Origin: an uncultured virus (IMG/VR IMGVR_UViG_3300027608_000027)
Taxonomy: Duplodnaviria; Heunggongvirae; Uroviricota; Caudoviricetes
IMG/VR virus record: IMGVR_UViG_3300027608_000027
Reading direction: 5' to 3' (one strand)
Length of the DNA: 20,000 nucleotides
The notes beneath the pieces are model-generated. The model saw nothing but the letters and a program-made list of their open reading frames with translations, was not told the DNA's origin and ran no database searches. Both the position numbers and the translations under genes were made by a program. Positions 1 to 8,719 of this stretch are shown piece by piece. Numbering within the stretch: position 1 is the stretch's first letter; every line of letters starts with the position of its first letter.

Positions 1-4
1 CACT

Positions 5-766
5 ATGACCACTCTTGCTATTTTTGGAGATAGTTTTGCCCATGATACTAGTCCCCAATGGGATATTGAATGGGCAGATATAGGGCATTCGTGGATAGAT
101 CATATACGAAATACTACTAACTATCAAATAACAAATTTTGCTAGTTCTGCTACAAGCACATATTGGTCAAAAAAACTATTTGACCAACATTATAAAAATT
201 TTGATAAGATAATTTTTGTAGTAACTTTTCCTTGTCGCAGAATCACTTTTGATAAATTACCAGACGGATGTAATGAAATTAATAAGACATTTTATAACTT
301 GTCTTCAGTTTTTTCTATTATAGAAGATAAGAAAAAATTTAATAATTATAATTTAATAGAAAAAAACTTTTTAATGGCAGTTAGGGACTACTACCTATAC
401 ATACAGAATGATCAATTTGATCATACTATACATTCATTAATCTTAGATGACATTAAAGAAAAAAGACCAGATAGTGTGTTAATTCCTGCATTTCCTAGTT
501 CTATTCCTAGTCTAGATACGGCAGGGTCTTCGACATTATTAGATATCTCACAAAAAGACACATTATATTTTGGATTAGGAGAAAATATGCCAAACTCTCC
601 TGAATTACACGATGCTAGAAAATGCCATATGAATGAAGAGAATCACAAAATACTAGCAGATCAAATATTAAAATTTTTGCAAGGTGACTCAGTTTACTTA
701 AATAAAAATGATTTTGTAAATCCAGTTAGAGATCGCACTCATTATTTTAGAAAAAGACTTTGGTAA
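5..766 (+). CDS. SGNH/GDSL-like hydrolase or acyltransferase, paralogue 1
   Basis: N-terminal LAIFGDSF (block I nucleophile motif). C-terminal DARKCHMNEENH with a candidate catalytic His. Clear similarity to the downstream ORF. Confidence 0.65.
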   Translation: MTTLAIFGDSFAHDTSPQWDIEWADIGHSWIDHIRNTTNYQITNFASSATSTYWSKKLFDQHYKNFDKIIFVVTFPCRRITFDKLPDGCNEINKTFYNLSSVFSIIEDKKKFNNYNLIEKNFLMAVRDYYLYIQNDQFDHTIHSLILDDIKEKRPDSVLIPAFPSSIPSLDTAGSSTLLDISQKDTLYFGLGENMPNSPELHDARKCHMNEENHKILADQILKFLQGDSVYLNKNDFVNPVRDRTHYFRKRLW

Positions 767-794
767 TATTATTTTAGAAAATTTTAATTATGAA
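767..794 (+). repeat. 28-bp imperfect direct repeat, copy 1 (copy 2 at 1468-1495)
   Basis: TATTATTTTAGAAAATTTTAATTATGAA versus TATTATTTTAGAAAAAGTTAATTATGAA, 26/28 identical. A 14-bp core ATTATTTTAGAAAA also occurs at 741-754. Confidence 0.8.
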
Positions 795-1488
795 AATAGC
801 AATATTTGGTGATAGCTTTGGAGACGATCATATAAACTGGAAAGATAAAAATAGATGGTTAGATGTTGGGCCTAGCTGGATTGATTACTTACGACAATTT
901 CACAATGTGGATAACTTTTGTGGAGGCGGAGCTAGTTTATATTTTTCTAAAAGAATATTTGATAAAACAGATCTGTCTAAGTATGATAAAGTAATTTTTT
1001 TAATAACTAATTCTTGCAGAAGATTTGCTCATATGCCAGGCGATCATGAAGAATTTGGTAGTAATTGGAATCCTTCGAATACTCAATATATGTTAGAAAA
1101 ACAAAAACATTCTCCGGAAAAATTAGCACATTTAACTGCAATGGATATGTTTTTTAAGTATACTTATAACGAATCTGATGAACATTTTCATCAACTAATG
1201 ATAGATGATATTAAACGTAAATGTCCTATTGGATTTATAATTGAGGTAGCCTATGGCTCTGTAATAGGCGGTGTTAGTGAATTAGAACTTGAATATTTTA
1301 ACAAACAACAATTTCATGAAATAGAGGGATTCCAAGATGCTAGAAAATGCCATATGAGCGAAGAAAACAATTTAATTTTAGGAAAACATATGCATCATTG
1401 TATTATAAATGACATATATCCCACACTTGATAAAAGTATGTTTATTAATCCCACTCAACCATTTGAGTATTATTTTAGAAAAAGTTAA
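790..1488 (+). CDS. SGNH/GDSL-like hydrolase or acyltransferase, paralogue 2
   Basis: MKIAIFGDSFG, SWID, YDKVIF, DARKCHMSEENN and YYFRK segments are shared with 5..766. Confidence 0.65.
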   Translation: MKIAIFGDSFGDDHINWKDKNRWLDVGPSWIDYLRQFHNVDNFCGGGASLYFSKRIFDKTDLSKYDKVIFLITNSCRRFAHMPGDHEEFGSNWNPSNTQYMLEKQKHSPEKLAHLTAMDMFFKYTYNESDEHFHQLMIDDIKRKCPIGFIIEVAYGSVIGGVSELELEYFNKQQFHEIEGFQDARKCHMSEENNLILGKHMHHCIINDIYPTLDKSMFINPTQPFEYYFRKS

Positions 1489-1495
1489 TTATGAA
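1468..1495 (+). repeat. 28-bp imperfect direct repeat, copy 2
   Basis: Matches 767-794. Spans the end of the second SGNH gene and the start of the radical SAM gene. Confidence 0.8.
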
Positions 1496-2660
1496 TGACC
1501 TAAGTTGGAGTGCCTATGACTTCACACAAATTCCCTACAATGATATTGTTCGTGTTGGACAGCGTACAATGTTGTACAAAGACCTATTTACAGTTAGTTG
1601 GTTGTTGGGCAGATACTGCAATTACCGTTGTAGCTACTGTTGGCCATATGCACGAAGCGACAGCAAGGACCATAGACCAACTGAACTGTGTTTAAAGACA
1701 ATAGACGAAATCAAACGACAAGCTAGAGAACGTAATTTTAATAGTTTCCATTTTAGTCTTAGTGGAGGAGAGCCTACTTTCCATCCTGGTTACATTGACA
1801 TCCTTAATTACCTAAACGATGATGTAGATAACACAAACTATACTAGTGTGCATATGACTAGCAATATGAGTCGACCACTTAAATGGTTTGAAGAGAAGTA
1901 TTGCCCTGCCGTTAGCAAGTTTCATCGTGCTAGTATTACAGCAAGTCTACATACTGAACATGTAGACACACCCGAAAAGATGCAAGAGTTTGCAAATAAA
2001 TTAATTTTATGTCAACAGCATGATGTGCAGATAACCATTAACATGGTTATGGTTCCCAAATGGTTTGAACGTGATTTTGATAACGCATTGTTCTTTCACA
2101 ATCAAGGTATCAACGTTACACTAAAGCCGCAGAGTGATCCTACTGCCAGTCGTGTTGTAGATGGATATACTGACGAAATGTTAAAGCGTCTGCACAACGG
2201 AATGCCACAACGAGCATTTACTGAGACAAAATCCGCACTCGCCAAACTGGTAAAACGACCTGAACCTAAGTTTTTTAAAACTCCTGATCCTATATACCAA
2301 GAAGCACAGAGTAAAGTACCACAACACTTTCAAGTAGAGTTTAGAGACAGTGAACACAAAATTTGGTATATAGATCAAGCAGAACGTTTTAATGCTTTTA
2401 ATTTTAACAAATTTAAAGATTGGGAATGTTCAAGTGGTTATAGAGGAATTATTATTCGTGAACCCGACGGCAGCATTAAACGTAGCTACAGTTGTGGAGA
2501 TGCTCCTCTAGGAAACATTGAGACAGGATTTAAACTATTTGATGGTCCTAAACCCTGTATCAGCGAAAGCTGTGTTAGTAGTGCCGACAGTAAAATACCC
2601 AAGAGAGCGCCCGGAACAAAGTTACCTCTGTGGCCGGGCGATACAACTTTTGAAAATTAA
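1491..2660 (+). CDS. Radical SAM protein with C-terminal Twitch/SPASM-like Cys-rich domain
   Basis: CNYRCSYC (CX3CX2C), SGGEPT, MTSN. C-terminal WECSSG...PDGSIKRSYSC...PCISESC. Confidence 0.9.
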   Translation: MNDLSWSAYDFTQIPYNDIVRVGQRTMLYKDLFTVSWLLGRYCNYRCSYCWPYARSDSKDHRPTELCLKTIDEIKRQARERNFNSFHFSLSGGEPTFHPGYIDILNYLNDDVDNTNYTSVHMTSNMSRPLKWFEEKYCPAVSKFHRASITASLHTEHVDTPEKMQEFANKLILCQQHDVQITINMVMVPKWFERDFDNALFFHNQGINVTLKPQSDPTASRVVDGYTDEMLKRLHNGMPQRAFTETKSALAKLVKRPEPKFFKTPDPIYQEAQSKVPQHFQVEFRDSEHKIWYIDQAERFNAFNFNKFKDWECSSGYRGIIIREPDGSIKRSYSCGDAPLGNIETGFKLFDGPKPCISESCVSSADSKIPKRAPGTKLPLWPGDTTFEN

Positions 2661-3331
2661 CGATCTAACGGAAAAATTTCTGCAATAATTTTAGCACAAG
2701 CTAACGCAATTTCCATATGTTCTTTTTGTGTACCGTTTTCTTTACGTAGATCAATATAGTGTATCCAACTACGTAATGTACCATTCATATACATACGACT
2801 AATTGTAAGACCTTCTGGAAGAACAGCACGAGCCTGTTCTTTGGCAATACCATTCTTAATAGCCCAAGAATACTCTTGTTTAACTGAAAATAACACCCGC
2901 CGTTGTGCCCTTTCCCATTCAACAGCTAATAGTTTTTGTTTTTCATCATTCATGTCCAACTCAACACTATTTTGCCTATTCTTTGTATCTTGAAATCTTG
3001 CTTCGCGTAATACAAACGCTTCATCTAACTCTGCTGTAGGATCAGCGTAGCGTTGGCTAAACTCTTGGAAGCTAAAACTACGATGACGTAAAATTTGTCG
3101 AGCAATGTCGCGTGTAGTTTTAATTTCAATACAGGCACTGACCATTTCAAGTGGCGACCAGTGTTGATGCTTAATCAAATACTTAATTAGTTTTTCACTA
3201 GTTTCTGTATTAAATTGATTAGCAGGATTACTAACTCTAGCACAGTATGCAACAAGGTCTAGTGCATCTGTAATATTCTGTTGGCGGAACTCATCTGTTG
3301 GTTGTGAGTATGATACAAGTTTAACTTTCAT
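2657..3331 (-). CDS. thyX: Flavin-dependent thymidylate synthase ThyX
   Basis: Signature RHRSFSFQEFSQRY (RHRX7S), plus ARVS, HWSPLE, EQARAVLP and TQKEH. Confidence 0.96.
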   Translation of the reverse strand: MKVKLVSYSQPTDEFRQQNITDALDLVAYCARVSNPANQFNTETSEKLIKYLIKHQHWSPLEMVSACIEIKTTRDIARQILRHRSFSFQEFSQRYADPTAELDEAFVLREARFQDTKNRQNSVELDMNDEKQKLLAVEWERAQRRVLFSVKQEYSWAIKNGIAKEQARAVLPEGLTISRMYMNGTLRSWIHYIDLRKENGTQKEHMEIALACAKIIAEIFPLDR

Positions 3332-3648
3332 CTAAGCTGTCTTTTCTTTAAAAATCTGTTTGTATGTTTAATCATGTCTTTTTTAACTCTTTCTGTATCT
3401 AATTTAAAATCGACATTGTCTATTTCGCTTTCGTATGAGGAAAGCATATCTTTGAGACTTGTTTCAAACGAGTCCCAATCACTTTGTGCCTGCTTTGCTC
3501 TCATATTAATTTCCCACACTTTACCATTCTTGAATTTAATCGTAATGGAATCTAAGTATTTTAGTGGAACTACGTTTAGTGTAATTTCGCCAAATACTTC
3601 AGGCCAGTGTTCTACTACATCGGTGGGAAACTTCTTTCCCTTGTTCAC
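3328..3648 (-). CDS. Hypothetical phage protein
   Basis: 106-aa ORF with 4-nt overlaps to both neighbours. Confidence 0.75.
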   Translation of the reverse strand: MNKGKKFPTDVVEHWPEVFGEITLNVVPLKYLDSITIKFKNGKVWEINMRAKQAQSDWDSFETSLKDMLSSYESEIDNVDFKLDTERVKKDMIKHTNRFLKKRQLR

Positions 3649-4307
3649 TCTTTAATTGCTGTTTTTTTCTTTGTAGGAGATAAATCTTCGGCCTTTCTAC
3701 GCATTTCCGCAGCCTGCTTACTTAATTTATCAGCTTGACTACGATAGAATTTAGCGACATCATCTGGAGTACCAGACGGTACTGTTAGTACCTGTTCTGC
3801 GTCATTAACACTTGCACTAGTTGTTCTACCTTGATCAATTACTGGATCTGTGCTGATGTCTTTAGGACTAATATCTTTAGCAGTGGCAATTTCTTTAATT
3901 TCGCTTTTTGCGTTACCATCTGTAACAGCTAGATCTTGAACACTTATTCCTTGTTGTTCTGCAATCATTTGATTTAATTCAGATAACAAAATCGCCACAG
4001 AATTATTTGGTAGCATTTCAACCATGTCAGTAGGAACTTTAACTAAGTTTCCTTTTGCATGGAGACTAGGCAACATTGTACTACCGTCGGAGAAAACAGC
4101 ACGAGCTAGTACTTCAGCAAATTCATTTGCATTTTGTGCAGCCGGCGATTCGACTAGATTAATTAATGAATCATGATAGCTGTCTGACAAATTTTCTGTT
4201 TGTACAATTAGACAATTGAATGCATCGTTAGGCAACGTTCTAAAAACCACAAGACATTTTCTGCCATTAGTTTTAATACGACCTACGTGTTTTAAATTTA
4301 CAGCCAT
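3645..4307 (-). CDS. Hypothetical phage protein
   Basis: 220-aa ORF with GGAG SD upstream and a C-terminal helical/coiled segment. Confidence 0.8.
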   Translation of the reverse strand: MAVNLKHVGRIKTNGRKCLVVFRTLPNDAFNCLIVQTENLSDSYHDSLINLVESPAAQNANEFAEVLARAVFSDGSTMLPSLHAKGNLVKVPTDMVEMLPNNSVAILLSELNQMIAEQQGISVQDLAVTDGNAKSEIKEIATAKDISPKDISTDPVIDQGRTTSASVNDAEQVLTVPSGTPDDVAKFYRSQADKLSKQAAEMRRKAEDLSPTKKKTAIKE

Positions 4308-4308
4308 A

Positions 4309-4542
4309 TTAGGCTCCTTGTTTTGTTTGTTTTGACACTGTTTCTAAAAATGAAAATAGCTTTTGATAAGTTTGTCCGACAGCTACCATTTCATTTGGTT
4401 TAAATGCACCCCGTGAACTAGCAATATCAATGATAGTTTTAAGAGCATTGAGGTCATTAACAGTTAAATCTGCAGATTCCTGTTGCTCGGGTGCAGGTGC
4501 AGGTTGTGCCGCTGGCATTGGTGTTTTAGTTTCTTCAGTCAT
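4309..4542 (-). CDS. Small hypothetical protein
   Basis: 77 aa, strong SD (TAAGGAG), Pro/Ala-rich N-terminus. Confidence 0.8.
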   Translation of the reverse strand: MTEETKTPMPAAQPAPAPEQQESADLTVNDLNALKTIIDIASSRGAFKPNEMVAVGQTYQKLFSFLETVSKQTKQGA

Positions 4543-4583
4543 ACGATCTCCTTAAATGATTATATATGTATATTAATTATCTA

Positions 4584-4862
4584 TTAGATTAAATGTGGGC
4601 ATGCAAGTTTGAAGAAACTAAGTTCTTTTTCTTGCTCAAACCCTATCTTTGTAACATAGACTACAGTATTATCAACAAGGTCTACAGCTTGACCTATATA
4701 ATATCTACTATTTAAATTGGTGTAAATCCAAGAATCTATATTTTTATGAAATGTAGGAGTATATTTAGGCAACAACGTATAATGGAAATGAAACGCTGGA
4801 AATGAGACCTTTCTCAAATCCAGCGCATTAAGGGGGTTAACCTTACCGGTTTTTAAACTCAT
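4584..4862 (-). CDS. Hypothetical protein
   Basis: 92 aa, TAATG-coupled to the vWA gene. Confidence 0.75.
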   Translation of the reverse strand: MSLKTGKVNPLNALDLRKVSFPAFHFHYTLLPKYTPTFHKNIDSWIYTNLNSRYYIGQAVDLVDNTVVYVTKIGFEQEKELSFFKLACPHLI

Positions 4863-6034
4863 TAATTCTTAAACTCGTAGTATGCGTGAGCACCAAACGG
4901 AGGTACAACTGTATTGTTACCGTGTATTACAAAGAATGTGTCACAGTAGTTCTCATCGCCCCAAGAGCCATATGGGTATCCATCTGTAAACATGATAAAC
5001 TTCTTAGGCATAATATCATGTTGTTTCATGTAGTCCCAGTTGGCATCAAATTCTGTACCACCGCCACCTTTAACTTCATATTCCATAATGTCTTCGCCGT
5101 AGCCGTCAAAGTCTTGTTCGTTGTAGACTTTAGTATCAAAACACCACAGTTTAATCTTGTACTCTTTGTACTCGTCCATAATGCCTTTAATTTCGCTAAT
5201 AAAATCTTTAGCTTGGTCATCACCAATAGAGCCAGACATGTCAATGCCAATACAAATATCAATAGTCTCGTCGTAGTTAGTACCGGGCAAAATAGCAGTC
5301 ATGTGCCAACCCTTACGGTTAGGACGCATAAAGGTATAATCGTTTTTAATAGTGCTTTGAATTTGTTGCCGGAGAATTTCACGCCAGTTCATCTTTGGCT
5401 CAGTAAGCTCTTTGATCATACGACCAATTTCTGCTGGTACATTTCCCGCACCCGCTGCCTGAGCCGCTGTCATCATAGCTTCTTTGATCTCATCACGGAT
5501 CTGTTTGAGCTCTTCTTTAGAGTAAGCAGGCTGACCATTTTTGCCTTCTTTCTCCCAGTCAATGTGTTCGTCTAACAACTCGCCAAGTGCCGCTAATTCT
5601 TCATCATCATACTGCTCATAGATCTCATCATAGATCTGTTCTGAGCTTTTGCCGTAGTGAGCAGTGTCGTGGAAGATTTTAATCTTAGGAGGAGCTTCAC
5701 CAATACGATCACGTGTCAATGTACCGTTAACTGAGTAGTCAGCGGCAATGTTCCATATCTTACGATCACGACCTTCTACACGGAGCATGTGCTCAAAAAC
5801 GTTATGCAGAATTTCGTGTGCTACTACAAACTCAACTTGTTTAACAGATAAATCTGCAAAAAAGTCTTTATTGTAATATAAGTGACGTCCGTCTGTAGCG
5901 GCAGTAGCACACCAGTCTGACGCATCTTCAATTTTAAGACGAGTAGCCATATTGCCAAAAAACGGATGTCGTAGTAGCAATCCAACACGAGCCACTACAA
6001 TTTTATCAACAATTGGGTCTAGATAATTTGACAT
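4862..6034 (-). CDS. Metallopeptidase-like (HEXXH) plus vWA domain protein (DUF2201-like)
   Basis: TAATDG, AHEILH, WNIAADYSVN, MIDAS motif IDMSGSI, GGGGTEF, FTDGY. Confidence 0.88.
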   Translation of the reverse strand: MSNYLDPIVDKIVVARVGLLLRHPFFGNMATRLKIEDASDWCATAATDGRHLYYNKDFFADLSVKQVEFVVAHEILHNVFEHMLRVEGRDRKIWNIAADYSVNGTLTRDRIGEAPPKIKIFHDTAHYGKSSEQIYDEIYEQYDDEELAALGELLDEHIDWEKEGKNGQPAYSKEELKQIRDEIKEAMMTAAQAAGAGNVPAEIGRMIKELTEPKMNWREILRQQIQSTIKNDYTFMRPNRKGWHMTAILPGTNYDETIDICIGIDMSGSIGDDQAKDFISEIKGIMDEYKEYKIKLWCFDTKVYNEQDFDGYGEDIMEYEVKGGGGTEFDANWDYMKQHDIMPKKFIMFTDGYPYGSWGDENYCDTFFVIHGNNTVVPPFGAHAYYEFKN

Positions 6035-6066
6035 TTTTTGCTCCTAAGTATTTACTGTATGTATAT

Positions 6067-6095
6067 ATTATAACAGGACCCGCAGGTCCTGTCAA
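6067..6095 (-). promoter_or_regulatory. Consensus sigma70-type promoter for the vWA gene, with a hairpin in the spacer
   Basis: Minus strand TTGACA (6095-6090), 17-nt spacer, TATAAT (6072-6067). Inverted repeat ACAGGACC/GGTCCTGT at 6073-6092. AGGAG SD downstream. Confidence 0.85.
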
Positions 6096-6112
6096 TTGAC
6101 TTTGGCTACTAA

Positions 6113-7204
6113 TTAACGCTTTTCTGTAGCCGCCGCAATGTACTTACCATATTTGGCATGGAAGTCGTCAAAGCATTTGATCTCATCTGGATCCAATGGC
6201 AACTGATATTGAGTAAGAGCAAGTTTAGTACCCATAACAACCAATTCAGTTTCAAAATTATCCATCATAAACTGGAAGAAGTAGTTAACCTTGTCGTTAA
6301 ACTTCTTGTCGTTTTTGTCGCTAGCATCTTTCAATTCGTAGCACAATGATACAGTCAATGAATACATGGCACTGATTTCTTTAGTGTCCATTTTCTTAAC
6401 CTTGCCGTTTAAGATGTCTGTAGGATCAGGCAATTTAGATGCAATCTTACGATGAGCCATAAACTTAACAGCTAGACCTTCACCAACAGCACCCGAGATC
6501 AAATCTGTCAATGTGTCTGTATCTTCCTCGTCATCAAACAACAACTCAGATACAAATGACCAGCTACGTGGTGTAGCAAAGGCACGTGATGCTGACTTAG
6601 GATCAAAGTCATACAAGTCCTTCTTAGAGAAGGTCAAGAAGCCAACTACGTCCTTATGGATCTTGTTGTCAACAGCCCAACCAAAATAATCTTCCCAGTC
6701 AACTTTCATTTCCAAGTGAACAAAACGGTTAGCCAACGGAGCAGGCATACGATAAGTAACACCCTTGTCAGTTTCACGGTTACCAGCGGCAACAATGTGT
6801 ACATTGTCTGGCAATTTGTAAGTACCAACACGACGGTTCAAAACAAGTTGATAAGCCGCTGCCTGTACAGCAGGAGCCGCAGAGTTCATTTCGTCCATGA
6901 ACAAGATGATCTTGCTATGTTGAGCAGCCATCACGTCATCGGGCAATTCTACAGGCGGTGCCCATTCCATCTTATTAGATGTAGAATTGAAAAACGGAAT
7001 ACCTTTAATATCTGTAGGATCCCAAAGTGACAAACGAATGTCAATAACATGTGCATTCAATTCTTCGCCCATTTGTTTAACAATATCGGATTTACCAATG
7101 CCTGGAGGTCCCCAGATGAACAATGGACGATTGGCTTTAAAAGCACGACGAAGGGATTTTTTAGCGGCTTTAGGGCCAACTGTACGTGAAAGGATCTCGC
7201 TCAT
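6113..7204 (-). CDS. AAA+ ATPase (MoxR/AAA_5-like)
   Basis: Walker A GPPGIGKS, Walker B ILFMDE, AAGN sensor, LANRF arginine finger, TPRSW. Confidence 0.92.
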   Translation of the reverse strand: MSEILSRTVGPKAAKKSLRRAFKANRPLFIWGPPGIGKSDIVKQMGEELNAHVIDIRLSLWDPTDIKGIPFFNSTSNKMEWAPPVELPDDVMAAQHSKIILFMDEMNSAAPAVQAAAYQLVLNRRVGTYKLPDNVHIVAAGNRETDKGVTYRMPAPLANRFVHLEMKVDWEDYFGWAVDNKIHKDVVGFLTFSKKDLYDFDPKSASRAFATPRSWSFVSELLFDDEEDTDTLTDLISGAVGEGLAVKFMAHRKIASKLPDPTDILNGKVKKMDTKEISAMYSLTVSLCYELKDASDKNDKKFNDKVNYFFQFMMDNFETELVVMGTKLALTQYQLPLDPDEIKCFDDFHAKYGKYIAAATEKR

Positions 7205-7253
7205 AAATACTCCTGGGTTAAAAAAGCGTTGAAGTTTAACTGTCTATGTATCT

Positions 7254-7282
7254 ATTATACTGCCTAACAGCAGTCACGTCAA
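7254..7282 (-). promoter_or_regulatory. Near-consensus sigma70-type promoter for the AAA+ gene
   Basis: Minus strand TTGACG (7282-7277), 17-nt spacer, TATAAT (7259-7254), followed by AGATACATA. AGGAG SD before the ATG at 7204. Confidence 0.8.
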
Positions 7283-7289
7283 CAGATTT

Positions 7290-7697
7290 TTAGGAGTTTT
7301 CGTCCGTTTGGCTATCTTTGTTTTGGCGATTTATAGCTTTGACTAGACCGTATTTTCGAATGTCGTCCGAAAACATATATAGCTCAAATGATTTACGCTC
7401 AGAAAATACAGTAATACTTTGGTTTGTAAGATAGTATGGAAAATCCATAGTTCTATCAAAAAAGATAATAGTTTGGGGACTTAACTCAATTGGCTCTGTA
7501 AATGGAATTTCGTAACTACGTAGTTCCAATTCGTTTACCAAAAAATCAAACCCGTCATCACTTAGACGCAGACCCCCTTGATCTTTGCTTCTATGACTTT
7601 GCCACCATTTGTACATATGCAGTTTAATATTGGCTGCATCTATACTTTTTTCCTTTTGCTGTAGGAAAATTTTGGTGAAAGTCTCTTTTGAGATCAT
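7290..7697 (-). CDS. Hypothetical phage protein
   Basis: 135-aa ORF with ATGA overlap to the upstream gene. Confidence 0.8.
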   Translation of the reverse strand: MISKETFTKIFLQQKEKSIDAANIKLHMYKWWQSHRSKDQGGLRLSDDGFDFLVNELELRSYEIPFTEPIELSPQTIIFFDRTMDFPYYLTNQSITVFSERKSFELYMFSDDIRKYGLVKAINRQNKDSQTDENS

Positions 7698-7978
7698 TTG
7701 ATGATTTCGCCGGAGGTTAATTTAACTACTTGGAAATCCTCGCAGTTAAACATTTGATTGAGTTTTTTTGCAAGATTATGTGCATGTCCGGGATTACTAA
7801 ATGATACTTTCTTATACTTAGGGCCGGGATAGCTGGTAATGCTACTTGCAGATTTTAAATTAAAAGGCTCATTTTTATAGAAGACAGCCCAAATTGCTTC
7901 AGCTTCTAAAATCTGTTCGCTTTTATAGTTCTTTTTGTTAACATAGTCTAACAGAACTTTTGGCTTAGGTCTTGACAT
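7694..7978 (-). CDS. Hypothetical phage protein
   Basis: 94-aa ORF with AGGA SD embedded in a hairpin. Confidence 0.8.
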   Translation of the reverse strand: MSRPKPKVLLDYVNKKNYKSEQILEAEAIWAVFYKNEPFNLKSASSITSYPGPKYKKVSFSNPGHAHNLAKKLNQMFNCEDFQVVKLTSGEIIK

Positions 7979-7979
7979 G

Positions 7980-8012
7980 ATATATGCGTCCTATTATGTA
8001 CGCATATATTTA
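7980..8012 (-). promoter_or_regulatory. Hairpin occluding the ribosome-binding region, overlapping a TAAATA late-promoter-like motif
   Basis: 10-bp inverted repeat ATATATGCGT (7980-7989) / ACGCATATAT (8000-8009) with a 10-nt loop. TAAATA on the minus strand at 8012-8007. Confidence 0.65.
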
Positions 8013-8016
8013 TCAA

Positions 8017-8259
8017 TTAATTAGTGGAAAATCCGCCGCCATCCATTTGTACAGTAACAGCCGCCCCTGTACTAGATTCTAAACGTTTAAACAATATATC
8101 GTAATCTTCTAACAATTTTGCACTGACTTCTCCTAGACAATAGGCCAGTGCTTTAGCTGTCTTAATGTCTAGTTTAATCTCACGCTGTTGAGTAAGATCA
8201 GCAGCCTTTACCTGCTGTATAAACTGTTGAATTGGAATAGTATTAATCGGATTTGGCAT
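8017..8259 (-). CDS. Small hypothetical protein
   Basis: 80-aa ORF ending in MDGGGF, overlapping the upstream gene. Confidence 0.75.
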   Translation of the reverse strand: MPNPINTIPIQQFIQQVKAADLTQQREIKLDIKTAKALAYCLGEVSAKLLEDYDILFKRLESSTGAAVTVQMDGGGFSTN

Positions 8260-8719
8260 TAGCTAGCACCTGTTTCATTTCCAATTCACTCTTGAAGGGT
8301 CCTTTATAAGGGTAGCGTTCAATAGTAATCAGTTTAGGACAAAAGCTCTTAACCCAGCCTTTGTCAAATTTAATTGTATAATAGCCTGCGCAATACAAGC
8401 TCTTACTTGCACTTGATTTAGTGAATAATGGCAACTTACGTTGCACATTGAATAACGGATTATATGGACGGCAGCTAGTGGGATAGTCATACACATCACG
8501 TACTTCTTCGTGCGTAATTTTTACTTTATCACTGACTAAAAAGAAGTCCTTGCCAAATCGTTTTGTTAGTTCATCTTTTTTGCTAAAGTATGCTTCGCCG
8601 TCTTTTGAACTTAGCATGAACTTGTTATTTTCTTTTTTATGTAGAATACCAACTTTTTCTCCATCTTCTTCTACAATCCAAAATTTACCATCTACTATGG
8701 GTTTGGCTTTTAAATTCAT
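8243..8719 (-). CDS. Hypothetical phage protein
   Basis: 158-aa ORF, ATGA-coupled to RNase H. Confidence 0.8.
   Translation of the reverse strand: MNLKAKPIVDGKFWIVEEDGEKVGILHKKENNKFMLSSKDGEAYFSKKDELTKRFGKDFFLVSDKVKITHEEVRDVYDYPTSCRPYNPLFNVQRKLPLFTKSSASKSLYCAGYYTIKFDKGWVKSFCPKLITIERYPYKGPFKSELEMKQVLANAKSD

Noticed and set aside
4886..5575. Long + strand ORF (229 aa) and other antisense or alternate-frame ORFs (for example 6656..7030, 12294..12800, 13068..13508, 17436..17786)
   Set aside because: They lie opposite or inside well-supported genes and have no recognisable motifs. They are shadow ORFs.
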